Part shown: positions 25,623 to 38,049 of the stretch, one piece after another
How the letters are laid out: each line of letters opens with the position of its first letter
How positions within the stretch are numbered: position 1 is the stretch's first letter
Source of the DNA: Somniosus microcephalus
Taxonomy: Eukaryota
NCBI GenBank assembly: GCA_052327205.1
Contig: JBMRGM010000043.1
Span: 31,186,001-31,250,000, forward strand
Reading direction: 5' to 3'
Length of the DNA stretch: 64,000 nt
Program-made: the position numbers and the translations under genes
Notes under the pieces: generated by a model
Told to the model about the DNA's origin: nothing
Database searches by the model: none
Seen by the model: only the letters and a program-made list of their open reading frames with translations

Positions 25623-25812
25623 TTACTTGAGGGCCAACAGTTAAAACTCGCCTGTTTGGTTGAAATATTTCACTCCAGTTCAGCGGCAGACCACAACTAT
25701 TACATTAAGGAAACATCACGGCCTGACGATTCGGGGACTTACCTTGGTAAAGCAACTACTTTGCACAGCGAGGTGAAGAAACTGAACAATCAGGTTTCAG
25801 TTTCAGTCAGAC
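25623..25812 (+). pseudogene. Dead D3-type Ig exon decapitated by a CR1 insertion
   Basis: Homologous to 59291-59569; 5' end and acceptor replaced by LINE sequence, internal deletion of the FYKDG strand, second Cys position is Gly; donor c|gtgagt retained. Confidence 0.82.
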
Positions 25813-26005
25813 GTGAGTACAATTTACTGCAATTATCTATCATCTTTCATCCACTAAATTACCAACACATGCACACAATGGGATTCTTCATTCTGGCACA
25901 GGGCTTATCTATATGTTTAAGATGCACTGTATAAATAAATGAATATATCCGTACATACTTGAAACCGTATTATGTTATTCATGGGATATGTTTATTTTAT
26001 TCCAG

Positions 26006-26107
26006 TGCAGATTCACACAACCGCGATCAGAGCCTCAGTTTTTACACTTTTTCTTGTTGCTGCCCTGATTGCACTGGTACTCGTCAATCGTCCCAACAAG
26101 AAACAAG
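26006..26107 (+). CDS. Gene B transmembrane exon with charged Arg (QIHTTAIRASVFTLFLVAALIALVLVNRPNKKQ)
   Basis: tttattccag| and aag|gtgagt; 102 nt, phase 1-1; hydrophobic run followed by a basic stop-transfer segment. Confidence 0.88.
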
Positions 26108-26631
26108 GTGAGTCATGTTTTACAGGCAGGTGATTGGCTCTATAGTCACGTGAAGGGCTTCAGTGTATTCTATATTCAGTTGCGACATTCAAAATGCAAC
26201 CATATTATTTGGGCAAAAGAGGGATAGTCTGGGCTGGAAAAAGAAAAATGTTATTTGAAATGACGATCTCAGAACAGACAGGAGCTTAAGACTGGGGCGA
26301 ATTTGCCCAGTTAAGTGTTTTTATTTCCCTTTGTGCTGTTCAGAATTGATATGCATGTGGCCGAGGGGTAGAACAATAAGTGGCAGCATCATTCGTGGTT
26401 AGTGTGAGGAGACGATGCATCCTAAAGGATTTGTAACGCGGTATATGGTAATATCTTACATGTTTCTGTATATCTTTTCTGTATTGATTCTGTATTAATA
26501 AGTCATTTAATGCACGTTTGTAAAAGTTTAGATTTAATGTGAATGAATACGTTTGCAGTTAAACAAATCCACCTGTACAGCAATATTTATTGTACAACTT
26601 GCTGAAGTAGGTCTCTTCCTGTTTTATCCAG

Positions 26632-26662
26632 AAAATTCTTCAAGAATTTCACAATCGTTTGG
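26632..26662 (+). CDS. Gene B cytoplasmic mini-exon (ENSSRISQSFG)
   Basis: cttcctgttttatccag| and gg|gtaagt; 31 nt, phase 1-2, fits both neighbours. Confidence 0.8.
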
Positions 26663-27579
26663 GTAAGTCCACGCAATTTTTAGCTGAATAAGCCATAGCT
26701 ATATCCCTGAATATACTCAGTCTCTGTATAGCTGAACTAAACGCGGTAAATGCTTGTGCGGTAGATTTTATCAATTGCATTGAACTTTAATCTGGCATTA
26801 CGGATCAGCCTCCTGTTATAGAAAACACCATATTTTAATTTAATTTGAGTTGAATGGGATTGAAAAACATGTGGTTTCTACAACGCGTGTCTGTTCTGCT
26901 ACACCACTTTTTATTCCGGGCACCGAGTTGGAAAATCTGCCCCATTGACGATAAGCCTTTACTGTAGCTCGCACTCAAACGATTACACTCCCTGCAGTCT
27001 ATAAGGAGTGATCATTTTCTAAGTTATGTCAGTTGTACCTGAACTTCCTAACTTAAACAGAGTGAAATTCGCCCTGCGTGGCACAGTAAAAGGGGTGATT
27101 ACAAATCGTTTTACAGTCCGCAGATTAGATTCCAGTGACTTGTAAACAAATATTGGGCGGAGTGTAAAAACTGTTGGAGTTTCGTTTAACCCTGCTCTCC
27201 ACCACCGCCCAAGAAGAAATTATACCCCAAACTCTTCAATCACTCAGTGAGCTGGACTATTCTTTAATCCTCCAATTTAATCCTCATGTAAATCACAGGG
27301 ACCTGAAGCATTCTAGGATTTGGTGTGCAGGGCGATTGCGCATGTAGTTAATTTTAGTAACATTCACACAGTGACTATCTCAGGCAATGGTCCATTTAAC
27401 TGAACAAGCTTTTCTGGATACAGTTCTACTATTGATCAGCTTGAACAGTGTTTGTTGGCTTGGAATATCTAGTCCCCTTGTGAATCCAGTCGCTGTTTAT
27501 TTTCCGACTCCCCTATGCTGGACATCATTCCACATGTGTTTTAACCTCTGACTGAATGTTGCTTGAACTTTCGATACGC

Positions 27580-28990
27580 TTGTGTGGCCCTCAATTTGAA
27601 ACTGTGGCACTCTTCTAGAGCTTCGGTATGGAAGCACATCTCTATACGCATTACCCAATCCTGTCATAACCATAAATAATAATTTTTAAAACTTCTCCAT
27701 CTTCTTTCAAGATTGATTTTTTTTTAAATTACTCCAACTCCTTTCAAGGCTTTATCTCCCTGGTTTTGTAACTAATCTAGTGACCCAGCCTTTATATTCA
27801 ACAAGCGTCTAGTATGTTTCTCTTATTAAAAAGATATCAACATTGTATTCACTGCGCCAGATGTGGGACATCTGCTGGGCAGAGCACAGAAAGGAAGATC
27901 TGGTCGGAATGATCTCTTGCTGAAAGCAGAAACGCTTGATTTCTGTTCCATTAAGTACCGTGAAAGGAAAATCCTGCATGTTCTGTAAAAGATGTGTTAA
28001 CCTCTCCACCATATTCTCATCTTTGCATTCCTTCAACATGATTCTTAACAAACAAATGGCAGGAAAAATCATTGATACCCCATGAACTTGCATCAATACC
28101 AATTATAAATTTACGGTTATCTTTCTTGATTTCTGTGGCCCTCAATTTGTAACTGTGGCACTCTTCTTGAGCTTCGGTATTAAAACGCATCTCTAAGCAC
28201 ATTCCACCATCCTGTCATAATCATAAATAATATTTCAAAAAACTTCTCATTCTTCTTTCAAGACTAATTTTTTCAAAATACTCCAACTCCTTTCATCACT
28301 CTGTCCCCTTGGTTTTGGAACTAATCTAATGATCCTGCCTTTACATTCATCAAGAGTCTAATATGTTTCTCTTATAAAAATGATATCAACACTGTACTCA
28401 CTGCGCCAGATGTGGGACATCTGCTGGGCTGACAGCATAACGTATGTTCAGTTGGAAGGTATCCCTTGCTGAACGCAGAACCGCTTGATATAAACACATA
28501 TAAAACACATCTGTATGCACATTTCCCAAAAACCTCTTAATCATAAATAATTATTGCTAAACTTCGCATTATTCTTTCAAGACTGAATTTTATCACAATA
28601 CTCCAACTCCTTTCAAGGCTCTATCGCCCTGGTTTTGAATGTAAGCTCGTGACACGCCCTTTATATTCAACAAAAGAATCAATGTTTATTTTATTAAAAT
28701 GATACCAGCACTGTACTCCCTGCGCCAGATGTGGGACATCTGCTGGGCAGAACACAGAAAGGAAGCTTGGTTGGGAAGGAGCTCTTGCCGAAAGCAGAAC
28801 CACTTGCTCCCTGTTCCATTAAGCTGCGTGCAAGGAAAATCCTGCCTGTTCTGTAAATGATGTGTGAACCTCTCCACCAGGTTCCTCTTTGATTTCCTCC
28901 AACGTGATTTTTAGCACAAAAATCATAGAAAAAATGTTTTTAACAAAGGACATGCTCCAATACCAACTATAATTTTAAGGTTATCTCCCG
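27580..28990. repeat. Three diverged tandem copies of a ~320-550-bp unit
   Basis: Anchor gcgccagatgtgggacatctgctgggc at ~27854, ~28403 and ~28722; tactccaactcctttca also repeated three times. Confidence 0.85.
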
Positions 28991-29997
28991 TGATTTATAA
29001 GTTACACGGTGGTGATATATCTCAACATTCTCTACAGTTCCTAATTCACTTTCAACACTGCACCCACTTTTTTTTTTAAACTGATACCCAAATATCAATG
29101 ATACATTCTTCCTTTTATTTGGTATTGAATCCTCCCTTCCATTTAGGACACAATGGGTCAAATTTGCTTTTCCAATGGAGTTGAAAGCAGGTGGTAAGGG
29201 ATGGCCGGCCAGTTTTACACACAGCCTACTTTCCATTTCCAAATTCGGCTGGAGTGTAAAACGAGCGGCTGAGCCTTTACCACCCATATTCTGCTGGACG
29301 GTAAAAGTGAATATTAACTTCAACTTTCCAACTTGCCGCTCGGGCATAAACTGCCATTTCTGGTCAGCCGTCCAATTGAGATTGCGCCCGATTATCCTGT
29401 GAAACAATTTCGAAGCTATGAAAATCCGGCGAGTGCTGTTTCTTACTGCCCAGCAGTAATGTGGATCATATACCCCCCGCCAGGAGACACTCTTACTACG
29501 TTACAATCTTCAACCATAATCAGTATAACTTAATTTGGGGCCGCAGCACACAGCGAGCACTAACGAATCTATTGCACATTTTGGACTCGACCGATTTTAT
29601 TTTCCATAAATTTCAATGGATCAAAAATGATCTAGAGGATTTCTAAATGGACAGCCGATTCGCTACATTTCGCTTTGCGGTGTCTTCAAGGACCAATTTC
29701 TACCAAAGTGAGTCATGATAATGGAAATCTGGAAAATACCTGAGGTAATTCAGGATCTGCTGAGAGAACGACGTTAGACCCCTGGGGAGGAAAGTGCCAC
29801 GGATCGGCAACCTGTCTACCTTGAGCTTCTTCAACTGGTCCAATGGATGTGGACTTGCAAGTTTAAGGTTATGTCTCTTGTAAACTGCTTGCTTGTTTTT
29901 GATATTTATTCTACTATTTCATCTTATTTGAAAGTAAAATTTCCGTTGTCCACGATTATTGTTAAACTTTAATCTCTGTGAACATTTCCGCACTTAG

Positions 29998-30083
29998 GGA
30001 GGCAACTAGAAACAGACCTCCAAGTGAAGAGAATTCTGCAGACAATTCCGAGTCTGCAGGTGTGCGATCAGCTCAAAGCACCG
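29998..30083 (+). CDS. Gene B cytoplasmic exon (EATRNRPPSEENSADNSESAGVRSAQST)
   Basis: cttag| and cg|gtaagt; phase 2-1; paralog of 1238-1329 with Tyr>Ser. Confidence 0.8.
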
Positions 30084-30399
30084 GTAAGTTCAACCTGATC
30101 AGCATGTGATGAACCGTAGATTGTTTGGGGTAACATTTCCATCGGAAGTTCTCTCCAATATCGTTATCACTTCGGCAGAAGTTAGGCTACAACTCCAGAG
30201 AGATCACCCTTTCTGCAAGTTTTCCACGGAAATTCCACCAACGTTACGACGAGACATTGGGAAAAACCACATAGAGTTTCTATTTCCTTCTCTGCGTACA
30301 CTCAGCACAATCTAGCGTTAGGTTTTCTTCTTCACTGTCTGGATATTGACCTATTATATCTCTAACATTATCTCAAAGTCTATGTCAATGGCTGGTCTA

Positions 30400-31050
30400 C
30401 ATCTATATCTGTGTCTATGTCTATGTCTCTCTCTATGTCTATTCCTATCTCGAACTCTATGTTGATCTCTATGTCCACCTCCATCAATCAGTCTTTACCT
30501 ATCTCCATATCTATGTCTAGCTCTATCTTTATATCTCTACTTCTTTATCCACCTCCATCTCTCTATCTCTACGTATATCCCAGTCTCTCGCAATCTATCA
30601 TCATGCCTCACTATATTTCTTTACATTTATCTTGCTTTCCATCGCTCCATCTCTCTCTCTATCTATCTATTTGTATCTACCTCTATTGATCACTCTGTCT
30701 TGCTGGTTACAACTCTATCTCTCTCTGTCTATGTCCATTTAGATATCGATCTCTAGCTCCCCTATCTCTACGTCTATGCCAGACTCTTTCTATATGTTTA
30801 TGCACCTCTATTTGTATCAAATAATTTATTAGTATCTCTATCACTGGCTCTAGTTATTTGTCTACCAGTAACTCCAAATTTATGTCGGTCTCAATCATCT
30901 CTCTGTCTCTGTGCCTATCAATATCTATTTCGATTTATATCCCTCTTTCTCTATATTCTATCTCTATCTTTATCTCTATCACTATCACTATCTCTGTCTC
31001 TATCTCTACCTCTGTCTAAAATCTCTACTCCCTATCTCTTTCTCTAAACC
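30400..31050. repeat. (TCTA/TCTCTA)-like low-complexity tract
   Basis: Pyrimidine-rich degenerate repeats; a shorter equivalent lies at 2940-3070. Confidence 0.85.
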
Positions 31051-31073
31051 GTCATTAATCTCTGATATTACAG

Positions 31074-31114
31074 TCATACTCTTATGGACACCTGTTGCTT
31101 GCGAAACTGTGTAA
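31074..31114 (+). CDS. Tentative gene B terminal exon (VILLWTPVACETV*)
   Basis: ttacag| after a pyrimidine-rich tract, phase 1, stop, AATAAA at 31146-31151; no homology support. Confidence 0.4.
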
Positions 31115-32112
31115 ATCCTGAGTGAAATATGATGGCTCTCTACAGAATAAAATTGTGCCTTATGTAAAGAATCAAAGTTAAGTTATACTAATATTGCAGT
31201 TAATTTACTTGGATACTCTTAAGAGCCGAGATGGATTTCCTTCTCCACCACTCGGTCGAACGAAATAAAAGTGATCTTACTGTCCTTAGATATCTTTTTC
31301 TTAATCTTTATATTCGATCTGATAATTAATTCCTTGTGAAAACATATCAAACGAGTAACAGAAATGGACTCAAAATGTGCAATACAATAGAGAATTTTGC
31401 ATTGATAGAATGTTAACTTCCTTTCATGGAAAGTTTGAATCTTCTGACTGTAACGAGGCCCATGTGACATGAATCATCAGCAACTGGAAGGCAATCGAGA
31501 GCCTGAGCACCAAGAAGATAAATACAGATGTTCGGAGTCTACAGGAATCTACAGAAAATTCTGAAGGCAATAGTTGAAGCAAGCATGTTATTCCTACAAG
31601 TGACTAAAGAACGATATTACTGGGGAGCACCTCAGTTCGTGATGTTCATTCAAAGCAAAAACTGTCAATCGTCACGATTCAACCACGATTTGGATTTTTC
31701 TTCACAAGAGCCTCTATGTACAGAACCTGATTCATTTCATTGCTGTATACAGCTGTTGATGCCTCATCACAGAGAATAAGGGGCCCAAGTTGAATAACTT
31801 CAGCATCTGTTTCTGGATGTAGATGCCATGAGGCCAATGATCTAATGAAACTTTTGATAAACTAGCTTCCTGACTGTGCCTGAAATATTTTCATTCTGAC
31901 CTAAATGACTTTCGATCGCTTGGACATTTCGCTTGTATACGCCAGATTAATAACTGCTTACCTCCCAGATGTTTCGGGACATCTTCTGATTGATTGATTT
32001 CGCCTGGAGTTTCTGTATTGGTACTAATTGTCTGCTTATAAACCTGGATGTATCATTTCAGCTACTGAAGAATTGGATTAGGTTCTGGACAGTTTCATGT
32101 GTAAGCCTTATT

Positions 32113-32525
32113 CATAAGAACATAAGAAATAGGAGCAGGAGTAGGCCAATCGGCCCCTCGAGCCTGCTCCGCCATTGAATTAGATCATGGTTGATCTGAT
32201 CCTAACCTCAAATCTACTTCCACTCTCCATCCCACCCGAACCTATGTGATCTACAAGGAGAGGAGAAAAACCAGATAAAAAAACCCAATGGCCAATTTGG
32301 GAGAAAAAATCTGGGAAATTCCTCTCCGACCTATCTAGGCGATCGAAACTCGTCCAGGAGAGCACTCTGTCCATGTCATTCCTACAGTACTTACCTTCTG
32401 TAAAAGGTGATCTCCACCCCAGCCAGCAACAGGCCCAATTTACTCTTGAAGGACACCTAGCTGGCAGCCTGTTCCCGAGGTCTCCACTAATTCCTGTGAA
32501 TAGAACCATCTCCTGAAATGTAGCA
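32113..32525 (-). mobile_element. CR1 3' fragment with a long 3' UTR
   Basis: Tail cataagaacataagaaataggagcaggagtaggcc (reverse strand). Confidence 0.7.
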
Positions 32526-32529
32526 CAGA

Positions 32530-35460
32530 ATTAGAACACAAGAAGTAGGAGCAGGACCAGGCTACACGGTCCCTGGGCCCACTCCGCCACCCACAGAGCC
32601 ATGACCGATCCGAACCTAGACTCATGTCCAATTTCCTGCCCGCTCCCCGTAACCCCTAATTCCCTTTACTTCTCGGAAACTGTCTATTCCTGTTTTAAAT
32701 TTATTTAATGATGTAGCTTCCACAGCTTTCTGGGCAGCAAGTTCCACAGACCTACTACTCTCTGTGTGAAGAAGTTTCTCCTCATCTCAGTTTTGAAAGT
32801 GCAGTTTCTTATTCTAAGATTATGCCCCCTAGTTCTAGTTTCACCCATCATTGGGAACATCCTCACCGCATCCACCCGATCAAGCCCCTTCACAATCTTA
32901 TATGTTTCAATAAGATCGCCACTCATTCTTCTGAACTCAAATGAGTAGAGTCCCAATATACTCAACCACTCCTCATATGTCCACCCCCTCATCCCCGGGA
33001 TTAACCGAGTGAACCTTCTTTGTACTGCCTCGAGAGCAAGTATGTATTTTCTTAAGTATCGACACCAAAACTGTATGCAGTATTCCAGGTGCGGTCTCAC
33101 CAATACCGTGCATAACTGCAGCAATACCTCCCTGTTCTTATATTTTATCCCCCTAGCAATAAAGGCCAACATTCCATTGGCCACCCATGCCAGACTATTT
33201 CCCCAATTCCATGATCACCTGCTGCACCTGCATACTAACATTTGGAGTTTCATGCACCAGGACCCCCAGTTCCCTTTGTACTGCAGTACTTTCCAGTTTC
33301 TTGCCATTAAGATAATAACTTGCTCTATGATTTTTCCTGCCAAAGTGCATAACCTCACACTTTCCAATATTGTATTCCATCTGCCAAATCTCTGCCCACT
33401 TATTAGCCTGTCTATGTTCCTTTGCAGGTTTTTTATGTCCTCCACACTCACTACTTTCCCTCCCATCTTTACATCTTCTGCAAACTTTGCTATGTTACAC
33501 TCGGTCCCCTCCTCCAAATCGTTAATATAGATTGTAAAGAGTTGAGGACCCATCTCTGACCCCTGCTGAACACCACTAGTTACTGATTGCCAGTCTGAGA
33601 ATTAACCATTTATCCCAACTCTCTGCTTTCTGTTAGATAACCAATCCTCCACCCATGCCAGACTATTACCCCAATTCCATGATTTTTTATCTTGAGCAAT
33701 AATCTTTTGTGTGGCACCTTGTCAATTGCCTTTTGGAAGTCTAAATACACTACTTCCACTCGATCCCCTTTAATCACCCTGTATGTTACGTCCTCAAAAA
33801 AACTCAAGCAAATTTGTCAAACATGACTTCCCCTTCATAAAAGCATGCTGACTTTGTCCTATTAAATTATGTTTATCCAAATGTCCCGTTACTGTCTCCT
33901 TATTAATGGACTCCAAAATTTTACCAACCACAGATGTTGGGCTAACTGGTCTATAGTTTCCAGCCTTCTGCCTACTACCCTTTTTAAATAAGGGTGTTAC
34001 ATTAGCAGTTTTCCAATCTGCCAGGACCTTTGAATACAGGGAGTTTTGGAAAATTATTACCAATGCATCCACAACCCCTACCGCCACTTCCCTCAAGACC
34101 CTAGGATGTAAGCCATCAGGCCCAGGGGATTTATCCGCCTTGAGTCTCATCCTCTAAGGGACCAACATTTACTTTAACCACCCTTTAACTTTTTATATAA
34201 CTATAGAAACTCTTGCTATCTGTTTTTATATTTTATTTAATTTACTTTCATAATCTATCTTCCCTTTCTTAATCAATTTTTTAGATATTTTTTACTGTCT
34301 TTTGAAGACTTCACAATCTTCTATCCTCCCACTAGATTTGGCTACCTTATATGCCCTTGTTTTTAGATGGATACTTTACTTAATTACTTTACTTAGCCAC
34401 AGATGGCTGTCATTTCTTTTACACCCTTTTTTCCTCAGTGGAATATATATTTTTTGAAAGTTGTAAAATAACTCCTTAAATGTACACCACTGCTCATGTA
34501 CCGTCTTACCCTTTAATCTATTTTCCCAGTCCACTCTAATCAATTCCGCACTCATAACTTCATAGTCTCCTTAATTCAAGCTCAGTACGCTTGTTTGAGA
34601 TCCAACCTTCTCGCCCTCTAATTGAATATGGAATTCAACCATGTTATGGTCACTCATTACAAGGGGATCCTTTACTAGGACATTTTTAATTAATCCTGAC
34701 TCATTAAACAGGACCAGATATAAGGTTGCTTGCCCCCTGGTCGGTTCAGTTGCATACTGCTCAAGAAACCCATCCCTAATGCACTCAATAAACTCTTCCT
34801 CAAGGCTGCCCTGCCCAATTTGATTTGTCCAGTTAATATGATAGTTAGAATCCCCCATAATTATAGCTGTTCCCTTATTCCAAGCCCCAACTAGTTCCTG
34901 ATTAATACTCCGTCCAACAGATTTGCAACTTTTAGGAAGCCTATAGACTATGCCCACTAGTGTTTTCTTCCCCTTATTATTCCTTATCTCACAATCCTGA
35001 TCCTTTGACCCAATATCATTTCTCTGTATTAGTGATTCCTTCCTTTATTAACATAGCCACCTCACATCCCCTTCCTTCCTGCCTGTCCTTCCTGATTGTT
35101 AAATACCCTGGTATGTTTAATTCCCAGTCATGGTCAACCTGCAGCCATGTTTCTCTAATGGCCACAAGATCATACCCATATGTCGTTATTTGTGCCGTTA
35201 ACTCGTCCATTGCGTTACGAATGCTACGTGCATTCAGATAAAGAACTTTCAAATATGTTTTATATACTTAGTCCTTGCTTTTTCCCCTTTTACTACTTTA
35301 CATTTTACTCCATACCTTCTGTCCCTTCCTGACACGCTCTGATTTTTAATTCCCCTACTGTTACCTAGGTCTATGACCTTCTCCGTTGTCATTTTTATTA
35401 TTTGCTCTCTAGAAACCTCCCCCCCACCACTTATTAGTTTAAAGCCCTCTCTACAGCCCT
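32530..35460 (-). mobile_element. CR1-type LINE covering most of ORF2 (endonuclease + RT), disrupted
   Basis: YLNARSIRNAMDEL, SDHNMV, SPGPDG, NYRPVS, YLDFQKAIDKVPH, RPHLEYC; multiple frameshifts. Confidence 0.93.
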
Positions 35461-36999
35461 GAAGCTATTCTTTCTGAAGCATTCCGAATATTTGTTACCC
35501 TAATAATTCTCTGCAGGACAATTTATTTCAGTGCTATGTTTCCTTGAATATAACATATTGACGTTGGAGCACACCGATTGGCCGATTTTAACTTGGCTGT
35601 ATCATTTCAGCTCCTGATCAGTTAGGTTCGGGCCTCGATATTTTCACGTAATAGCTGATTGGCTTTATGTAAACTTGGCACTCTATTTTGGCAGCTGAAT
35701 AAATAATTTTAACTGGAATGATTCTCTGCTGGCTGCCCTCTTTCAGTGACGGGATATTCGAACATTTCTCATGGCATTCGGAGAAAACTGATTGGCTGAT
35801 TGTAAGCACAGTGGGCTCTTCCAATATAAAAATAATCGCAATTACTATTGCAACACATATGATCAGGAGATGGTAACGTACCCGTCTGAAGTCTGTTCCC
35901 CATTACTGAATGAACAACACAGTACTGAGCGCATTCTGCTTTTCAATGGCAGGTGGAATCAATATCTTAGGAAGGGAATATTCTGACTGATCTGTAACAT
36001 GAATCGTCTTTCTTATAAGATAACTAATTAGATGAATGATTAACTATTAGAAAGCCTGAACATGAAATAGCTACGTTGGTTATTGTTGAACAGACTGGGG
36101 AAGGGGACGAATCTCTGGTTGAAAGGGTGAAGAAGTGCGAATTTTTGAAATAAATCTGAGTGTGGAGATGCCGTGTTGGATAGTTTGAACATGAGCGCCG
36201 GGTCTGATACACTTGTTTATTAACCTGACCTGTATCACCCGTGACTTGACTCACTGAAAGTGATGGAGGGGTGGAGGGGGGGACTCTTGCATGTTTAACG
36301 CTGCTGTGTATGAAAATGTTGCTGCAGTTAGTCCAAGCACAGTATGTGACTTAAAGGAAGTCGACAGCGGTACAGGTGATTTACTGATACATTGGGTACA
36401 AACACAATTTCAGATGGATGACAGCATAAGTGCAGGCAGCACCATTGATTAGTGAGGACAATGATATTGAAGCATATTTAAAAGCTACTCACAGTTTGAT
36501 GTGGTGTAAATGATTCACAGCATAATAGTTTCGCCACAGACTGAGGCAGGCAGGATTGGTGCTCGACACATGGCGTTTTAGTGCCTTGAAGAAAGACTGG
36601 GGAGGATAGTATTTTGTGACTGAATGTCGAGGAGAACTGAAGATTCGCTGACAGACTGCATTTTACAGACTGGAACAATGGTATTATCCTTTGCAGTTAA
36701 AATCCAGACAAAGCGACATGGACAAGATTTAATTGGTTTATAACATATTAGTAAAAATATAACTTTTTAAATACAGGATAACAAAACTGAGTAAGTGTTA
36801 TAATCATTACTATTTAGATTGTTGTTAGACAACCGATATTCTAGTAATGCTTGGGACAGGAGCACAATTATTGATTCACAGCCAGCCTGCTCAGGGACAC
36901 GAATTATCAAAATAAAATAGAAGCTGATGGTGTGAATGACTTGCAGGCAGGTTGGGGATGAAAGTTATTACCAACATCCAAAGACTTGGACATCTGAAG

Positions 37000-37585
37000 T
37001 ATAATTTGAGAACCAGCAATGGACAGGGTTGATGCCAGTATGAGAGCAGGAACTAATAGAGATGCAGCGGAGAGGGTCAATATTGGGACTGTACCCAAAC
37101 TTATAGGGCAATTTAGAGAGGGTGCAGAAGAGATTTATTAGAATGGTTCCCGGGATCAGGGTTTACAGTTACGTGGATAGACTACAGTAGCTGGGGTTGT
37201 TCTCCTTAGAGCAGAAAAGGCGAAGAGGAGATTTGATAAAGGTATTTAAAATCATGAAATGTTTATGTAGATTAAATAATTGAAAATCTTTCCAATGACT
37301 GAAGGATCGATAACCAGGGGGGAGAGAATTAAGTTGATTGGCATAAAAACAGACGCGACATGAGGAAAAATTATTTTAATGCAATGAGTGGTTATGATAT
37401 TGAATTCATTGCCCAATAGAGTGGTGGATGCAGATTCAATAGCAGCCTTCAATAGGGAATTGGATAAATACTGGTAGGAGAAACAAACTTCAGGGATATG
37501 GGGCAAAAGCGGTGCTGTGGTACCTTGAAAGAGCCGGTGCAGATTCGATGGACCGAATGGCCTCCTTCTGTGCTGTACTATCCCA
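37000..37585 (+). mobile_element. CR1 (HER1-like) 3' fragment
   Basis: Degenerate RT C-terminus; tail gaatggcctccttctgtgctgta. Confidence 0.78.
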
Positions 37586-37645
37586 GGCTTCTATAAAATT
37601 ATATACCCGTGCCAGTAGGACACTGATATGGTTAATCGATTCATA

Positions 37646-37997
37646 CAGCACGGTGGCACAGTGGTTAGCACTGTTGCCTCACAGCGCCAGAGACCCGGGT
37701 TCGAATCCGGCCTCGGGCGACTGTCTGTGTGGAGTTTGCACATTCTTCCCGTGTTTGCGTGGGTTTTCTCCGGGTGCTCCGGTTTCCTCCCACAGACCAA
37801 AGATGTGCGGGTTAGGTTGATTGGCTATGATAAATTGACCCTTAGTGTTAGGGGGATTAAATACGTGGGGTTACAGGGATAGGGTGGGACATGTGTTGGT
37901 GTAGGGGTTACGGGGATCGGGTGGGATATGTGTCAGTGCAGGCTCGATGGGCCGAAATGGCCTCTATCTGCACTGTGGGGTTTCTGTGATTTCTGTG
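37646..37997 (+). mobile_element. HE1-like V-SINE, near full length
   Basis: tRNA head (ggtggcacagtggttagc...gggttcgaatcc), V-domain gtgtggagtttgcacattct..ggtttcctccca, CR1-like tail. Confidence 0.88.
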
Positions 37998-38049
37998 ACA
38001 ACACATACTCAGTAATTAGAATGTTACACCACCACAATAAAAACTTGAA

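Larger units (their letters stand above)
14122..31114 (+). other. Gene B model: putative activating FCRL-like receptor, 376 aa; join(14122-14152,16886-16915,19215-19469,21265-21531,24359-24646,26006-26107,26632-26662,29998-30083,31074-31114)
   Basis: Exon lengths sum to 1131 nt in one open frame when the two pseudo-exons are skipped: leader-Ig-Ig-Ig-TM(Arg)-Tyr-free tail. The last exon is tentative and the gene may be a pseudogene. Confidence 0.65.

Noticed and set aside
30411-31114. Hydrophobic/Ser-Tyr-Leu ORFs as membrane proteins (also 40104-40558 and 49078-49308)
   Set aside because: Translations of low-complexity TCTA and GA tracts
32705-35252. Reverse-transcriptase ORFs as a retron/DGR-like diversifying system next to Ig genes
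   Set aside because: They are fragmented ordinary CR1 LINE ORF2 pieces with typical 3' tails; there is no template/variable repeat pair
37646-37720. tRNA gene
   Set aside because: tRNA-derived head of a V-SINE, continuous with the SINE body and tail
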